Positions 28,452 to 42,379 of a stretch of DNA of 64,000 bases are shown piece after piece. The stretch's first letter is position 1; each line of letters opens with the position of its first letter. The position numbers were made by a program, and so were the translations under genes. Origin of the DNA: a virus (Duplodnaviria > Heunggongvirae > Uroviricota > Caudoviricetes); IMG/VR virus record IMGVR_UViG_3300043172_001414; one strand, given 5' to 3'. The notes under the pieces are model-generated. The model saw nothing but the letters and a program-made list of their open reading frames with translations. It had not been told where the DNA came from and did not search any database.

Positions 28452-28760
28452 ATGGGAGCTTCGGTTGTTGAACAACCTGAACCAGTAGCTTCCCGTGCAT
28501 TTATAGACAATCCAATCCAATTATACCTGGAAGAATATCGTAGATCTTTTGATATGACCAATAGTGACTTGGCCCGAAAACTTGGACTTCACCCACCAAC
28601 TACGAATAGAATTACTAATGGCGACCATCTACCATCAATATATCTATTCTCAAAAATATGCCTTAAGATTGAAATACCACCAGATGTAATACTAAGACTC
28701 CTCACGGATCTATCAACATATATGGATAAAAGAAATAAAACACTATACAATAATAAATAA
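28452..28760 (+). CDS. XRE-type HTH protein
   Basis: MTNSDLARKLGLHPPTTNRITNG; paralog of 49460..49873. Confidence 0.7.
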   Translation: MGASVVEQPEPVASRAFIDNPIQLYLEEYRRSFDMTNSDLARKLGLHPPTTNRITNGDHLPSIYLFSKICLKIEIPPDVILRLLTDLSTYMDKRNKTLYNNK

Positions 28761-28827
28761 ACACTTTTTATAACACCTGAGGGATATTTTTGTTATATTA
28801 TAACAAAGGTATTAATCAGGTTTTTAT

Positions 28828-29253
28828 ATGAATCAGTATGAAGTTACTTCAATCCCACACGAAGAACGTGAACTAAACACTTACTGTGTAAATAATGTTC
28901 CGACTACTAATCAACAGCCTTATTATCAAAATACTAGTCCATCACCTAAAAAAGATGAAGGCAACTTCTTCTCTTATATTGTATTTGGCGTACTGTCGTT
29001 ATTACCAATAGCTTATATCTATACATACGTAATCCCTTATTTTGACTCTTTGGGAAGCATTTCTATCGTTCCGGCATCTATATCAAGTATGGTATTTTAT
29101 GCACTAGGTTGGATAATATTACTGAAAGGTTTATCATTTATTGTTAGATTATTATTTAACATAGCAGAAAGTATATACCACTATAGAATGAGAATTGCAA
29201 AAGTAATAATTGCATTAACGGTAGGTATGTTTATATTAGCAAGGGTAATGTAG
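28828..29253 (+). CDS. Membrane protein
   Basis: Three hydrophobic segments. Confidence 0.55.
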   Translation: MNQYEVTSIPHEERELNTYCVNNVPTTNQQPYYQNTSPSPKKDEGNFFSYIVFGVLSLLPIAYIYTYVIPYFDSLGSISIVPASISSMVFYALGWIILLKGLSFIVRLLFNIAESIYHYRMRIAKVIIALTVGMFILARVM

Positions 29254-29259
29254 AGAGAA

Positions 29260-29571
29260 ATGTCAATATTTTCAGAAAATTTAAAATTCATAAGAGTACA
29301 AAGCGGCCTCAACCAAACAAAATTATCATCAATTAGTAAAGTATCACAAGCAGCTATATCACAGCTGGAAACAGGGGAGAGAACTCCTACAAATGCAATG
29401 CTACTCAAGTTAAGCATAGCATTGGCGTGTGATTTACATGACCTCACAGGCTCTGATATGGGTAAAATACGGGAACATGATATCATAGCAGACAAGATAA
29501 AAAAAGCAAATCCCAAACAGTTAGACGAGATCAATACCATCATAGATTATGTACTAAGTAAAAATAGTTAA
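29260..29571 (+). CDS. XRE/Cro-CI HTH regulator
   Basis: LKFIRVQSGLNQTKLS...VSQAAISQLETGERTP. Confidence 0.88.
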   Translation: MSIFSENLKFIRVQSGLNQTKLSSISKVSQAAISQLETGERTPTNAMLLKLSIALACDLHDLTGSDMGKIREHDIIADKIKKANPKQLDEINTIIDYVLSKNS

Positions 29572-29628
29572 TAATTATATTGCCATTTATTAACTATTAT
29601 AGTATAATATGTACTATACATATAATTT

Positions 29629-30105
29629 ATGGACAAAAGGATGAAAGACGTAATAGTAGACCTCGACGGGACAGTGGCAGACATACAACATCGAGTACAC
29701 CACATAGAAAAGCCTAACGGGCGCAAGAATTATCGAAAGTTTTTTGAAGAATGTAATCTGGATACCCCAATCCCTGAGATAATTCAACTTGTCGAGATGC
29801 TTGCCCCGTATCACAACATAATCTTCTGTACCGGAAGAAGTAAAGAGTGTGAATTGGCTACCGTAGAATGGATTACAAATCACATCAAAATTTCAGGATT
29901 CCAACTTCTAATGAAAGAAGAAAATGACCGTAGATGCGATACCATAGCTAAACCTGAGCTTCTTGAAAAAGCCGGAATTAAACATGAGAACATCGCACTG
30001 ATATTGGAAGATAGAAATAAAGTTGTTAACAAATGGAATGAACTCGGCCTACCTTGTATCCAGGTACTCGAAGGACAGATCAATCCGATAAGAGGTGATT
30101 TTTAA
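29629..30105 (+). CDS. HAD phosphatase resembling the 3'-phosphatase domain of T4 Pnkp
   Basis: VDLDGTVA, CTGR, D.R.D...K, EDRNKVV..W...G. Confidence 0.85.
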   Translation: MDKRMKDVIVDLDGTVADIQHRVHHIEKPNGRKNYRKFFEECNLDTPIPEIIQLVEMLAPYHNIIFCTGRSKECELATVEWITNHIKISGFQLLMKEENDRRCDTIAKPELLEKAGIKHENIALILEDRNKVVNKWNELGLPCIQVLEGQINPIRGDF

Positions 30106-30332
30106 TGAAAACATTTCATGTGCAGGATTCTTTTAACATAACAGGACGAGGTACTGTATTGACTGGTGAGATATTCGAGGGTTATGAAAATTGCATAGGA
30201 CAACAAATTAAATGTACAGGTAAAGTAAATGGAATATACACAGTTAAAGAAGCTGAAAAATTTCGTCAAGGTTGTTTTGGGGATACAGGTCAACCACAAA
30301 ATGTTGGAATAATAATTGAGGAAGAATTATGA
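30105..30332 (+). CDS. Stand-alone EF-Tu domain II-like beta-barrel
   Basis: VQDSFNITGRGTVLTGEI and TVKEAEKFR...QNVGIII match EF-Tu IEDVFSISGRGTVVTGRV and TCTGVEMFR...ENVGVLL. Confidence 0.7.
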   Translation: MKTFHVQDSFNITGRGTVLTGEIFEGYENCIGQQIKCTGKVNGIYTVKEAEKFRQGCFGDTGQPQNVGIIIEEEL

Positions 30333-30520
30333 GTTTATATGATTACAAAACTGCAGTTGGCCTGGAAGAAACAAGCCCATCATTCTATGCACTATTAATG
30401 GCTACAATAAGAAAAGCTGGTGACGTTGAACTAGCTAAAATTGAATCAGTATTTCCAGGCGTTGTTGCTGAAGTTAGAGCCAGGTATAATGCCCCTGGCG
30501 GCATGTTGGAAGGGGATTAA

Positions 30521-30949
30521 CTAAAGTATATCTTGTTTTACTAAAAGATCTTTAATTGTTAACCAATTAACATAATTCCTGGCATGTGCGCCTATTATTA
30601 ATGGACAACCTATTGCATCATCCCCTATGTATGCTTGCGCATATGCTTTGGGGCTAGATGTCCAACTACTCTGCTCTGGATTCTCCTGGACACCAAACAA
30701 TTCTATATCTCGATCCTCGAACCATTCCACAGCGTCTGCAAGTTCTTTACCACTTCTCATAGTAAATAATATTAACCTGTGGCCCTTAGCTCTTAACATC
30801 TTCAATACAGACTCTGCATAAGGTACATCACGGCCTACTCGTGGATACTCGTGCATTACACAAGTCCCATCAAAATCAACAGAGATATCTATTGCAACAA
30901 TATCATCACATTTACATTCATATATACCACCCATGTTATTTTTCCTCAA
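30521..30949 (-). CDS. HAD-superfamily hydrolase (BT0820-like)
   Basis: VDFDGTCV.H.YP, LILFTMR, K.YA..YIGDDA. Confidence 0.8.
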   Translation of the reverse strand: MRKNNMGGIYECKCDDIVAIDISVDFDGTCVMHEYPRVGRDVPYAESVLKMLRAKGHRLILFTMRSGKELADAVEWFEDRDIELFGVQENPEQSSWTSSPKAYAQAYIGDDAIGCPLIIGAHARNYVNWLTIKDLLVKQDIL

Positions 30950-31741
30950 TTAAGTTTACTATCTTATCAGCTAACACAGGATAATCTTTTCTCGATACTG
31001 CAAAAATATATTTTCCGGCCATGCTACCTGTACCACCATAAGCCTCATCCATTTCTTCCATAATTACCATTATTTCTTCTTTAAGATTCATGTTTTTTTC
31101 TCCACTCACTATAATACCTATCACGTTCATCAACTGCTTTTTTAGCAATCACTAATAGTATTGTTATTATTACTGTTGCTACTGCAGTAATATACCCACC
31201 AACTGTTTCACCAGTACTAAATCCATACCAACTTGCAGAACCCATTGCTAACCCCATCATACTAATAAAAATATATTGTATCATTTGTAATCCTCCACAG
31301 GAATAGTTAATTCTCCAATTTTAAAAACTAAAGTACCTTCGTGATCTTCAATCTTTGCACATGTATGTTCCAGGAAGTGTGTCATGTCTCGATGGAAACA
31401 TTTCAGAACTAAATCTTCGAACTCTTCAAGTTTTTGATCGTATAACCATTTCGGTATGACGAAAGACTTGCGAGACTTAATTACCTGCCCTATCATCTTT
31501 TTAGGGAACCACATATTAATACTATCAATAGTAAACATGTATGCCTTGTCAGTCTCTCCGACCATCTCCTCATAGAATACTTCGACGTTACCACCCTTCT
31601 CAATAGCCGGACGCTCCTCTTTAATCTCTTCATCTAAACAGATTGAATCGTCATCACCTTCTTCTTCACTAAATAAATCGTTGTACATATTTTCTCTATA
31701 ATTTTATTGGTTTCTTAATATACTTTAGTTTACTGCAGTAA

Positions 31742-32170
31742 TCATCCATTATCCTTAACTTCAAGGAAGTGAATGTTACCAATAACTTTTACTTTAGATG
31801 TCCATTCATCAGTCCATCCTTCGAGAGGAGTAAATATCATCTCGTACATTATTTCAACCCCATAACAACCGTTGTAGAACTCGATAGATCCATCATGCAA
31901 CAGCTCTTCAGGATCATCTATAACATCACCCTCGTACATCTCTACCTCTTCACAGTCAGTCATGTTCATAGATTGCTCTATGATAACATCATCACCAGAA
32001 TACGACTCTCTAAAACGTATGTTAGATTTTTCATTTATTTTAAGAACTATAACTGAAGTAACTTCGCCATTACCATCTAGTTCAATAGATTGTAATGGCA
32101 TGTACATGTTACGAGGCTTTACAAAACAACGAACCTTTAGATGGGACTTAGGTTGCTTTAGCTGATTCAT
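31742..32170 (-). CDS. YopX-family protein
   Basis: EQ..NMTDC...EMYEGDVI...VIGNIH. Confidence 0.7.
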   Translation of the reverse strand: MNQLKQPKSHLKVRCFVKPRNMYMPLQSIELDGNGEVTSVIVLKINEKSNIRFRESYSGDDVIIEQSMNMTDCEEVEMYEGDVIDDPEELLHDGSIEFYNGCYGVEIMYEMIFTPLEGWTDEWTSKVKVIGNIHFLEVKDNG

Positions 32171-32881
32171 AATAACGACAACAATACAAAGACAACTATA
32201 ACTGCAGATGTACCCAGGAATAATATCATTACCTGGACAAACTCCCAGTTAGTTGGACGCTTGCCAAACTTATGTTTCAATACTAGTTTTCGGTGATTCA
32301 TTATGTCCCCTTAAACGACTTTCAATCTTATCACAACTTCCAACAATTATACCTAGATCCAGAACTACAGACGTACACTCAAGAGACTTACCATAGTGTT
32401 TTAATGCCATAGTCTTTACGTAATGAACATCCATCATAGTCTGCTTTAGCTCGTCTTCTAACGCATGAATTCTATCTGCCATAGATTCGATAGCTGCAGG
32501 AATAAACCCTTCAAGCAATGGGTAGTCAGGGTTAATATTATGTTTTGCTATTGTTTCAAAAAATCTCTCTTCGTCAATTTGATCGCACATTACTTATTCC
32601 CTTTAGGTGATCCACGACCCTTCTTTTTAATGGGTTCATCAACTTCAGTTCCAAGTACTTCAATTGCTTTTGAATATATCGCTGTAATAACAGCACTAGT
32701 TACTTTAGCTTCAATCTTGTATTTCCCATCACCTTTACACATATCGCACTTATCATTAAATGGATCTATTCCAATCCCTGCACATATCACACATTCAACT
32801 TCCACAACATTTATAAAATTACACTCTAATACTTCTTGAGTTAATTTAACTGGCATTAAAATCTTATCTTTCATATTTCCT

Positions 32882-35700
<2,819 letters not shown>

Positions 35701-35701
35701 G

Positions 35702-36394
35702 TTAGTCCTCCGACTGAACTGAAGTTAATCCGGCAGCAATTAAACCTGTTGGTATTGCTATTACTGCTATTCCTATAATCACTACAACCGTAGTGAAGAT
35801 TTTACCACCTACAGTCATCGGATAACTATCTCCGTAACCTACAGTAGTTAATGTTACAACCGCCCACCAAAAACATTTCGGTATTGAGCCAAATGATTCC
35901 GGTTGTATTTGATGTTCAAATAGATATACACCTACACTAGATATGTACAAGAACACAAATGCTAATAAAGAGAATATAGTGAAGTCACTCTTAATTTTGT
36001 GATAAACTTTTACAAATCGTACATTTGCTTTCTGAAGAGCGCTGTTTCTGTACAATTTACCTAAACGAACTACTCTGATTATTCGTAATTCCTTTAGATC
36101 GAAGCCAAGCATTATACCTGGGAAGATAGATATGAAGTCAACCATACCCATAATACTGAATATATAATTGGCTCTGTCAGGAGCAGCCCACACTCTTAAT
36201 ATGTACTCTACACAAAACACAATAGTAATAGTGACATTTATTAATGATAAGAATCCATAATACGGGGCCATCTCAGGGATAGTTTCAAATGTAAATATCA
36301 CTAGGAATACCCAGATTAAAAACTGAGTTATTTCACTGAGCTTTCCACGGTCTAGAGAGTACATAACTAATTTTTTATTCAAAACCCCCTCCAA
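35702..36394 (-). CDS. Potassium channel (voltage-gated-type ion transporter)
   Basis: Selectivity filter TTVGYGD, WWAVVT pore helix, S4-like LRIIRVVRL. Confidence 0.92.
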   Translation of the reverse strand: MEGVLNKKLVMYSLDRGKLSEITQFLIWVFLVIFTFETIPEMAPYYGFLSLINVTITIVFCVEYILRVWAAPDRANYIFSIMGMVDFISIFPGIMLGFDLKELRIIRVVRLGKLYRNSALQKANVRFVKVYHKIKSDFTIFSLLAFVFLYISSVGVYLFEHQIQPESFGSIPKCFWWAVVTLTTVGYGDSYPMTVGGKIFTTVVVIIGIAVIAIPTGLIAAGLTSVQSED

Positions 36395-37182
36395 TTCCTT
36401 TTTAACTTAAGTATACTAGTATAAGGAGTAACTATTCCAGCTGCTTTATCTGGATACTCCTCTATAAGCTTATCAATCTGTCTCTCGTAACGATTTCTCA
36501 TAGTCCTGGTTAAGTAAGAACTCGATAATATAAACCTGCAGAGCTTGTCGTTAGCCATTATATAGGCATCAACTGAAGTCTCATACACTTGGTCTAGTGC
36601 TACTAATGAACCAGTCAAAATCTGATCATTCCTATCAGCCTTGGATAGAGATGCCTCAATTTTTCTCTTTTTATCGACAACTACTACATAAGCCTCATGC
36701 ATAGCAAGCAATCGATCTACCACTTCTTTCTCTATTATACTTAGTTCTGCTAATAACATTGGTGGATTACCTATGATAGGCTCCTTCCTGAATAGAGCTA
36801 ACATAGCAAAAATAGCACACAACGTCATAACTGATCCGAGTATTATTAACAGGATCACTCCCAGATTAAAACCATCGGACTCTGCATTATGCTGTTTTTG
36901 CATATTACTATCTAAAGACACTATCTTATCTACAATATATGCTGCAGTCTTAGTTTGTGTCATATCCATAACGGCTAATGCAACTTTAACTTCATGGATC
37001 TCTGATTGTACAGGCTTTAAATCTACAGTAGTTACTTTAGTTTGACCCTGAGGATCTGGACATGGTTTGTTTTCATTGCAAGAACAAAACGCAACCATTA
37101 ACACTATAGCTCCGACTATTACTGCAACAACCGCACACCCAACACAAGCCTCAATACTCCATATGTTATTTTTATTACTCAT
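36379..37182 (-). CDS. Membrane protein
   Basis: Two TM segments. Confidence 0.55.
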   Translation of the reverse strand: MSNKNNIWSIEACVGCAVVAVIVGAIVLMVAFCSCNENKPCPDPQGQTKVTTVDLKPVQSEIHEVKVALAVMDMTQTKTAAYIVDKIVSLDSNMQKQHNAESDGFNLGVILLIILGSVMTLCAIFAMLALFRKEPIIGNPPMLLAELSIIEKEVVDRLLAMHEAYVVVVDKKRKIEASLSKADRNDQILTGSLVALDQVYETSVDAYIMANDKLCRFILSSSYLTRTMRNRYERQIDKLIEEYPDKAAGIVTPYTSILKLKRNWRGF

Positions 37183-37287
37183 GTTAATCCTTTTTATGTA
37201 AAAAATAATACATTATTCATTTAATTGATACACTTTTAAATAAAATATAATATATTAATAATATAACAACAGATAAAAGGCATTGGC

Positions 37288-37878
37288 ATGCAAAACTTTT
37301 TAGATTCAGCACAAATATTCTTATTAGAAAAAGCAGATTACATAGTTGCACATACAGACCAAGAAATCCTTATTTACGTTATCTTTGGTGTGTTATTCTT
37401 AGGCATTGGTCTAGGCTTAAAGAAAAAGACAGTGATATTTTATGACTACGATGATATGGCATTCTCGCTAGGTATATTCATTGCTCCAATTGCAATGATG
37501 TTTATATTAATGGTACTCCAACCTGCAAATACAACACAAGCAGTTATTATCATGTCTATCCCATCAGCTGTGTTGTTTTGGTTAGTATTAAAGAAGACTT
37601 GGAAGTCGGGAGTTCGATGGACATTTCCTTTAGTATTATACACTAAGTTTTTCCTCAGTATATTTTATGTAGTAGCTATTTGGAAATTAATGGCTCCTGA
37701 TGGTGACACAAGAGGTGAAAGAAGAATTGGCAGAACTATAGCATTCTTCTTTCTTCTATTTGCTACACCCCTTATAGCAGCATTGGTACAGAACAAGCAA
37801 GGAATGTTCTTTAATGCAATTCCCCGTGGTGGGAGTGGTGGTGGTGGTACTGGTATGATCAGAAACATGATGCGGTAA
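37288..37878 (+). CDS. Multi-pass membrane protein
   Basis: About 5 TM segments, Gly-rich tail. Confidence 0.6.
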   Translation: MQNFLDSAQIFLLEKADYIVAHTDQEILIYVIFGVLFLGIGLGLKKKTVIFYDYDDMAFSLGIFIAPIAMMFILMVLQPANTTQAVIIMSIPSAVLFWLVLKKTWKSGVRWTFPLVLYTKFFLSIFYVVAIWKLMAPDGDTRGERRIGRTIAFFFLLFATPLIAALVQNKQGMFFNAIPRGGSGGGGTGMIRNMMR

Positions 37879-37964
37879 CTATTTGTTACTTACTGAAAAA
37901 ATACTCTTGCATTTTCCGTATGAAGTTTATATAATGTATATAAAATAATCAAACGGAGAATACA

Positions 37965-38531
37965 ATGAGTAATAAAAACATGATCATTCTAGGGTGTGCA
38001 ATATTTATTATAATGATCGCTATCCTTTTAAGTGTAGTATCATCAAGAAGACCAATGGGCGTTGCACCACGACCTCACTATGCATCACAAACACAACCCC
38101 AGTTCAATACTGACTATGATCAATATGACCAACAAGGTTATTACGATGATCAAGGAGCGTATCAGCAAGACTTCTATGACAACAGAGGTTACTACAACAA
38201 TAGAGGTCTGTTCATCTTTATGGATGATCCTAGATATGATAGAACTTACCACAGCAGATCTAAAAGGCTTCCAACCAGAGCTGCATACAGAAAGAAATAC
38301 CCTAACAAAAAAATATCTCCTAAGAAAAGACCTATTTCATCAGTTAAGAGAATCCCTCTTAAGAAAACAGCAGTAAAGAAGAGGATTGATCTTAAGAAGA
38401 AGCCTAACAAACGGATAGACCTTAAGAAGAAACCTGCTAAGCGAATCCAGATAAAGAAAAAACAAAAGAAAAGAATTAAAATCAAAAAGAAAAGTTATAA
38501 AAGTAGATCCTCTTCGAAAAAAAGAAGATAA
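37965..38531 (+). CDS. Membrane-anchored low-complexity protein with YYDD/N repeats and Lys/Arg tail
   Basis: N-terminal TM; GYYDD/DFYDN/GYYNN; KKRIDLKKKP-type repeats. Confidence 0.65.
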   Translation: MSNKNMIILGCAIFIIMIAILLSVVSSRRPMGVAPRPHYASQTQPQFNTDYDQYDQQGYYDDQGAYQQDFYDNRGYYNNRGLFIFMDDPRYDRTYHSRSKRLPTRAAYRKKYPNKKISPKKRPISSVKRIPLKKTAVKKRIDLKKKPNKRIDLKKKPAKRIQIKKKQKKRIKIKKKSYKSRSSSKKRR

Positions 38532-38537
38532 ACTAAT

Positions 38538-38561
38538 AGGGCTGGAAACAGCCCTTTTTTT
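38538..38561 (+). terminator. Intrinsic terminator
   Basis: AGGGCTG-GAAA-CAGCCCT then T-tract. Confidence 0.85.
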
Positions 38562-38800
38562 GTGAGTAAATATGAAGACTAGAATACTAGAAAAACAATA
38601 CGCTGACCGCTATGAATTTTTACCACAATACAGGTTCTGCTTTATGTGGATTACGATGACAGAAAATACATCATTCGGATATTACTACAATATAGTAAAA
38701 GAAACTAAAGCTGAAGCAGCAGCTTATATCAAAAATAAACATCCAGATATAATTTTTCACTATCCAGTTTAGTTGTATGAAGGGGCCTAAGCCCCCTCTA

Positions 38801-39685
38801 TTAAAATTCTTTAGTCTTCATCCAGTTTTGTACGTGCCATAGTTGACCACAACCGCCACCTATATCATCTTGACCAGCCGGATCAAATATTCTAACGTTA
38901 TAGCCATCAGCAGAAAACTTATTGGTTACTTCAGTTATCACATCCATGTTACGATACCCTGCATCCTTCATAGTTTCATCAGCAGAACAGATCACCGAGA
39001 ATGTAAAGTTAAACACTGCAGGTGAAAACAAATCTTTAAGTCTGTCTATATGCTCAGGCTCATGATTGTCACCACTCAAACAGTAATTGATATACACAGG
39101 TCGTCCAGTTCTATTCTTCCAGGTAATACCAATGTCTCTTATCTCTCGAATAGATAATTTATTCTTGTAAGGAATAAGAATGTCACGTCTTTCGTCTGAC
39201 GCTTCGTGTATTGAAAACTGAAGTCCAATCTTATCATGTACCTCACTCATCTGAGTAAACTTCTCATATGTCTCTACACCGACTCTAGGGGCCATTGTAG
39301 ATATCAGTAGCTCTGCACTTGGAAACATATGTTGAAAATCATATATAGCGCCTCCAACGTGATCAAAGTTCAGAAAAGGTTCACCCATAGACATAAACAT
39401 TATTTGAAACCTAGACCCATCTATTTCTTGATCCATGTCTTTTATAATAGATTCTACTTGAAAAATAATTTCGGTTGAACTTAAGTTCCGTATAAACTTC
39501 TTACCAGTCCCACAGAACGTACAACCAACCGGACAACCACTCTGTACAGATATACACATTACGGTACGTTTATTTACTCCCTCATAGCGATACAATATTG
39601 CTTCAGCTATAGCATGTGGAAACTTAAATACATATTTCCATATATTTCCATCTGAACTGTCGTAACGTTTAAAAACTCCTGGCAT
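38801..39685 (-). CDS. RlmN/Cfr-family radical SAM RNA methyltransferase (N-terminally short)
   Basis: MCISVQSGCPVGCTFCGTG, MSMGEP, LQFSIH, C-terminal DIGGGCGQL. Confidence 0.85.
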   Translation of the reverse strand: MPGVFKRYDSSDGNIWKYVFKFPHAIAEAILYRYEGVNKRTVMCISVQSGCPVGCTFCGTGKKFIRNLSSTEIIFQVESIIKDMDQEIDGSRFQIMFMSMGEPFLNFDHVGGAIYDFQHMFPSAELLISTMAPRVGVETYEKFTQMSEVHDKIGLQFSIHEASDERRDILIPYKNKLSIREIRDIGITWKNRTGRPVYINYCLSGDNHEPEHIDRLKDLFSPAVFNFTFSVICSADETMKDAGYRNMDVITEVTNKFSADGYNVRIFDPAGQDDIGGGCGQLWHVQNWMKTKEF

Positions 39686-40276
39686 ATTAACTCCTATTTA
39701 AATTATATTAATAGTATATAAAAAAGTATAGACAGTTGTCAATAAAATTTATATACTATATTAAAACAAGTCATTAGTGTCGGAGCTATCATGTACACAC
39801 GAATAGAAGAAATCGTACGAGGTAATATAAGTGCATTCTATCCACAACACAAAGATAGGCTATTCATGATGTGGAAACCATTTTACTTCCAGACCGATGA
39901 TGAACGGGCAGTACCTGCAGAGTTTGAAACACTTGAAGGTGCAAGACAGTATCTTATAGAGAAAAAATTAACAATCGTCACAGTAAGACATCACGACGAT
40001 ACAAGCCCGGATAGAACAGATGAAATTTAGAATTAGAGAATTAATAAAACATGGTGAGAGTACGTATTATCCAGAACGTAAAATATTATGGTGGTGGTCA
40101 GGATATTCACACGGACACCCAGAATTTAGTGACGATGTATACTTCAAAGTTATCGGTGAAGCTAAAAATTTCATAATTAGAAAGAGCGATAAAACTAAAG
40201 TAATATATCATTATTACGATCCATTAAAAAAAACTGAAGAACCAACAATTGAACCTCAATACATCACGAGATAATC

Positions 40277-41380
40277 ATGAAAGTTAAACCACATAAAATA
40301 TACGCTGAATCATTAGATCCTAAAACTCTAAGTCAGTTCTACGATGCAATGAAATGTGATTTCGTTGTTAAAGGTGCATTGATGCCTGATGCACACCTGG
40401 GGTATTCTATCCCTATAGGAGCTGTTGTAGCTACCAAAGGAATGATTGTTCCAGCATGGGTAGGCTACGACATTGGTTGCGGCATGGTAGCACTTAAGAC
40501 CACGTTTAAGATCGATGACATTAGAGAACACTCACAAGAAATATTCGATGGTATCTATAGAAGAATACCTGTCGGGGCCAATCACAATGACCGATTCACC
40601 AACTGGAAAGAAGCCGAAACACTACCATCAACTAAAGTACTTAAGGATCTGTATGATAAGAACGGTGGGAAGCAGATAGGTTCTCTTGGAGGTGGTAATC
40701 ACTTCGTTGAAATTGGTCATGATGAAAATGATGATATTTGGATTATTATTCATTCAGGTTCTAGAAACCTGGGACATAGAATAGCAACGCACTACATGAA
40801 ACTTGCTTCTGAATCTGATAAAGCAAAAGAAGGGAACTATCCTTTAGATGTTACTTCAGTTGAAGGTGAAAACTATATCATGGATCTTAACTTCTGTTTA
40901 GAGTTTGCACTGCAGAATAGAAAGATCATGATTGAAAGAGTTATTCGAGTGATCAAAGAAACCTGTGAGGGTGATGGCAACATGAGAAACATCATTAACC
41001 GTAACCATAACCATGCCACTGAAAAAGATGGATTGTGGATACACCGTAAGGGCGCTACACATGCTGAAGCAGGAATGGAAGGCGTTATACCAGGCAACAT
41101 GAGAGATGGTTCTTTTATTGTAGAAGGTAAAGGAAATCCAGAGTCTCTTTACTCATCTTCACATGGAGCTGGACGAGTTCTTAGCAGAAGACAAGCTAAA
41201 GAGACAATTGATCTTAAAGATTTTGAAGAAACAATGGGCGACATTACAGCTAAAGTAGGTCAATCAACTATTGATGAATCTCCTTTTGCTTACAAAGACA
41301 TATTCCAAGTTATGAAAGAACAAGAAGACCTGGTTCATGTTAAACATCGAGTCAAACCCTTAATTAACATAAAGGCATAA
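40277..41380 (+). CDS. rtcB: RtcB RNA ligase
   Basis: MPDAHLGY, GYDIGCG, GSLGGGNHFVE, HSGSR, HNH, HRKGAT, PGNM, SHGAGR, DESPFAYK. Confidence 0.96.
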   Translation: MKVKPHKIYAESLDPKTLSQFYDAMKCDFVVKGALMPDAHLGYSIPIGAVVATKGMIVPAWVGYDIGCGMVALKTTFKIDDIREHSQEIFDGIYRRIPVGANHNDRFTNWKEAETLPSTKVLKDLYDKNGGKQIGSLGGGNHFVEIGHDENDDIWIIIHSGSRNLGHRIATHYMKLASESDKAKEGNYPLDVTSVEGENYIMDLNFCLEFALQNRKIMIERVIRVIKETCEGDGNMRNIINRNHNHATEKDGLWIHRKGATHAEAGMEGVIPGNMRDGSFIVEGKGNPESLYSSSHGAGRVLSRRQAKETIDLKDFEETMGDITAKVGQSTIDESPFAYKDIFQVMKEQEDLVHVKHRVKPLINIKA

Positions 41381-42304
41381 TATGAAATATACTTGGATAA
41401 AAATTGAAATAGGCCGACTAAGAATCAAAATCAATTGGGTAGCGTTCGCAGTCGGTGCTCTCGTAGGATATGTACTTATTAATGTGTGGTTAAAATGAGT
41501 GAAAGAGATTATAACGTAGATGATATGGAGTACAGGCACTCCTTAAGACAATACGCATATTTGTTGAATGATGAGCTTAAAGGTGACGATACAAAACATA
41601 TTCAAATTCAGACATTGGATAGAACAGTAAACCTTGATGAGCTTGAATTGGAATCGATGGGTATGACTCATAGTGACATCTTGGATAAGTGGTTCGATGT
41701 CAATGATAACATATCTGAACACATCAGCAATGATGAGTATAGGTTGTTGGTTGCTGATAAATATCGGTATACAGTTAACGCCAAAGATCTACATAGTGAC
41801 CTTAAGTTCTATAGATATTCCAGGGATAATGATCGTACTGGTAATGATATAAATAGATACGACAAACTTATTAATTATCTTCAACTTAAAATGAAAACTG
41901 AGCAGCAGAAACTTCTTAAGACTAATTACCAGATTAAAAAGTATGAAAAAAAGCATACACTTTAGTTTAACCGGAGTATTGAAATGAAATATAGAATAAT
42001 TGTAAAAGTAAATGATGAAGGTAAAGTATATTATTGTGCTGAAATGAAAAGCTTCATATGTTGGTATAGAGTTCCCAGGTCATTTAAATCAACTTTAAAT
42101 AACCATGATATTAAAAGTGTCACAGATCATATACTAAATGACTTTAAGGTAAGACGAAAGAGATCACTGATAGAGGGTTGTCATCCAATTGCAATAAATC
42201 TTGTTCCTATGAGATTTGACAAAAGACCTAAGGTAGATCCTGACAAAGTTAGAACCATAGAGAATATAGACTTTGCCCCAATCACAATAGAATATTAACC
42301 ATAT

Positions 42305-42379
42305 AGGCGTGTAGCTCAAATGGTAGAGCGCTGGTCTCCAAAACCAGTACTAGTGAGGGTTCGATTCCTTCCATGCCTG
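42305..42379 (+). tRNA. tRNA-Trp(CCA)
   Basis: Anticodon arm CTGGT-CTCCAAA-ACCAG; acceptor AGGCGTG/CATGCCT; discriminator G. Confidence 0.92.
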
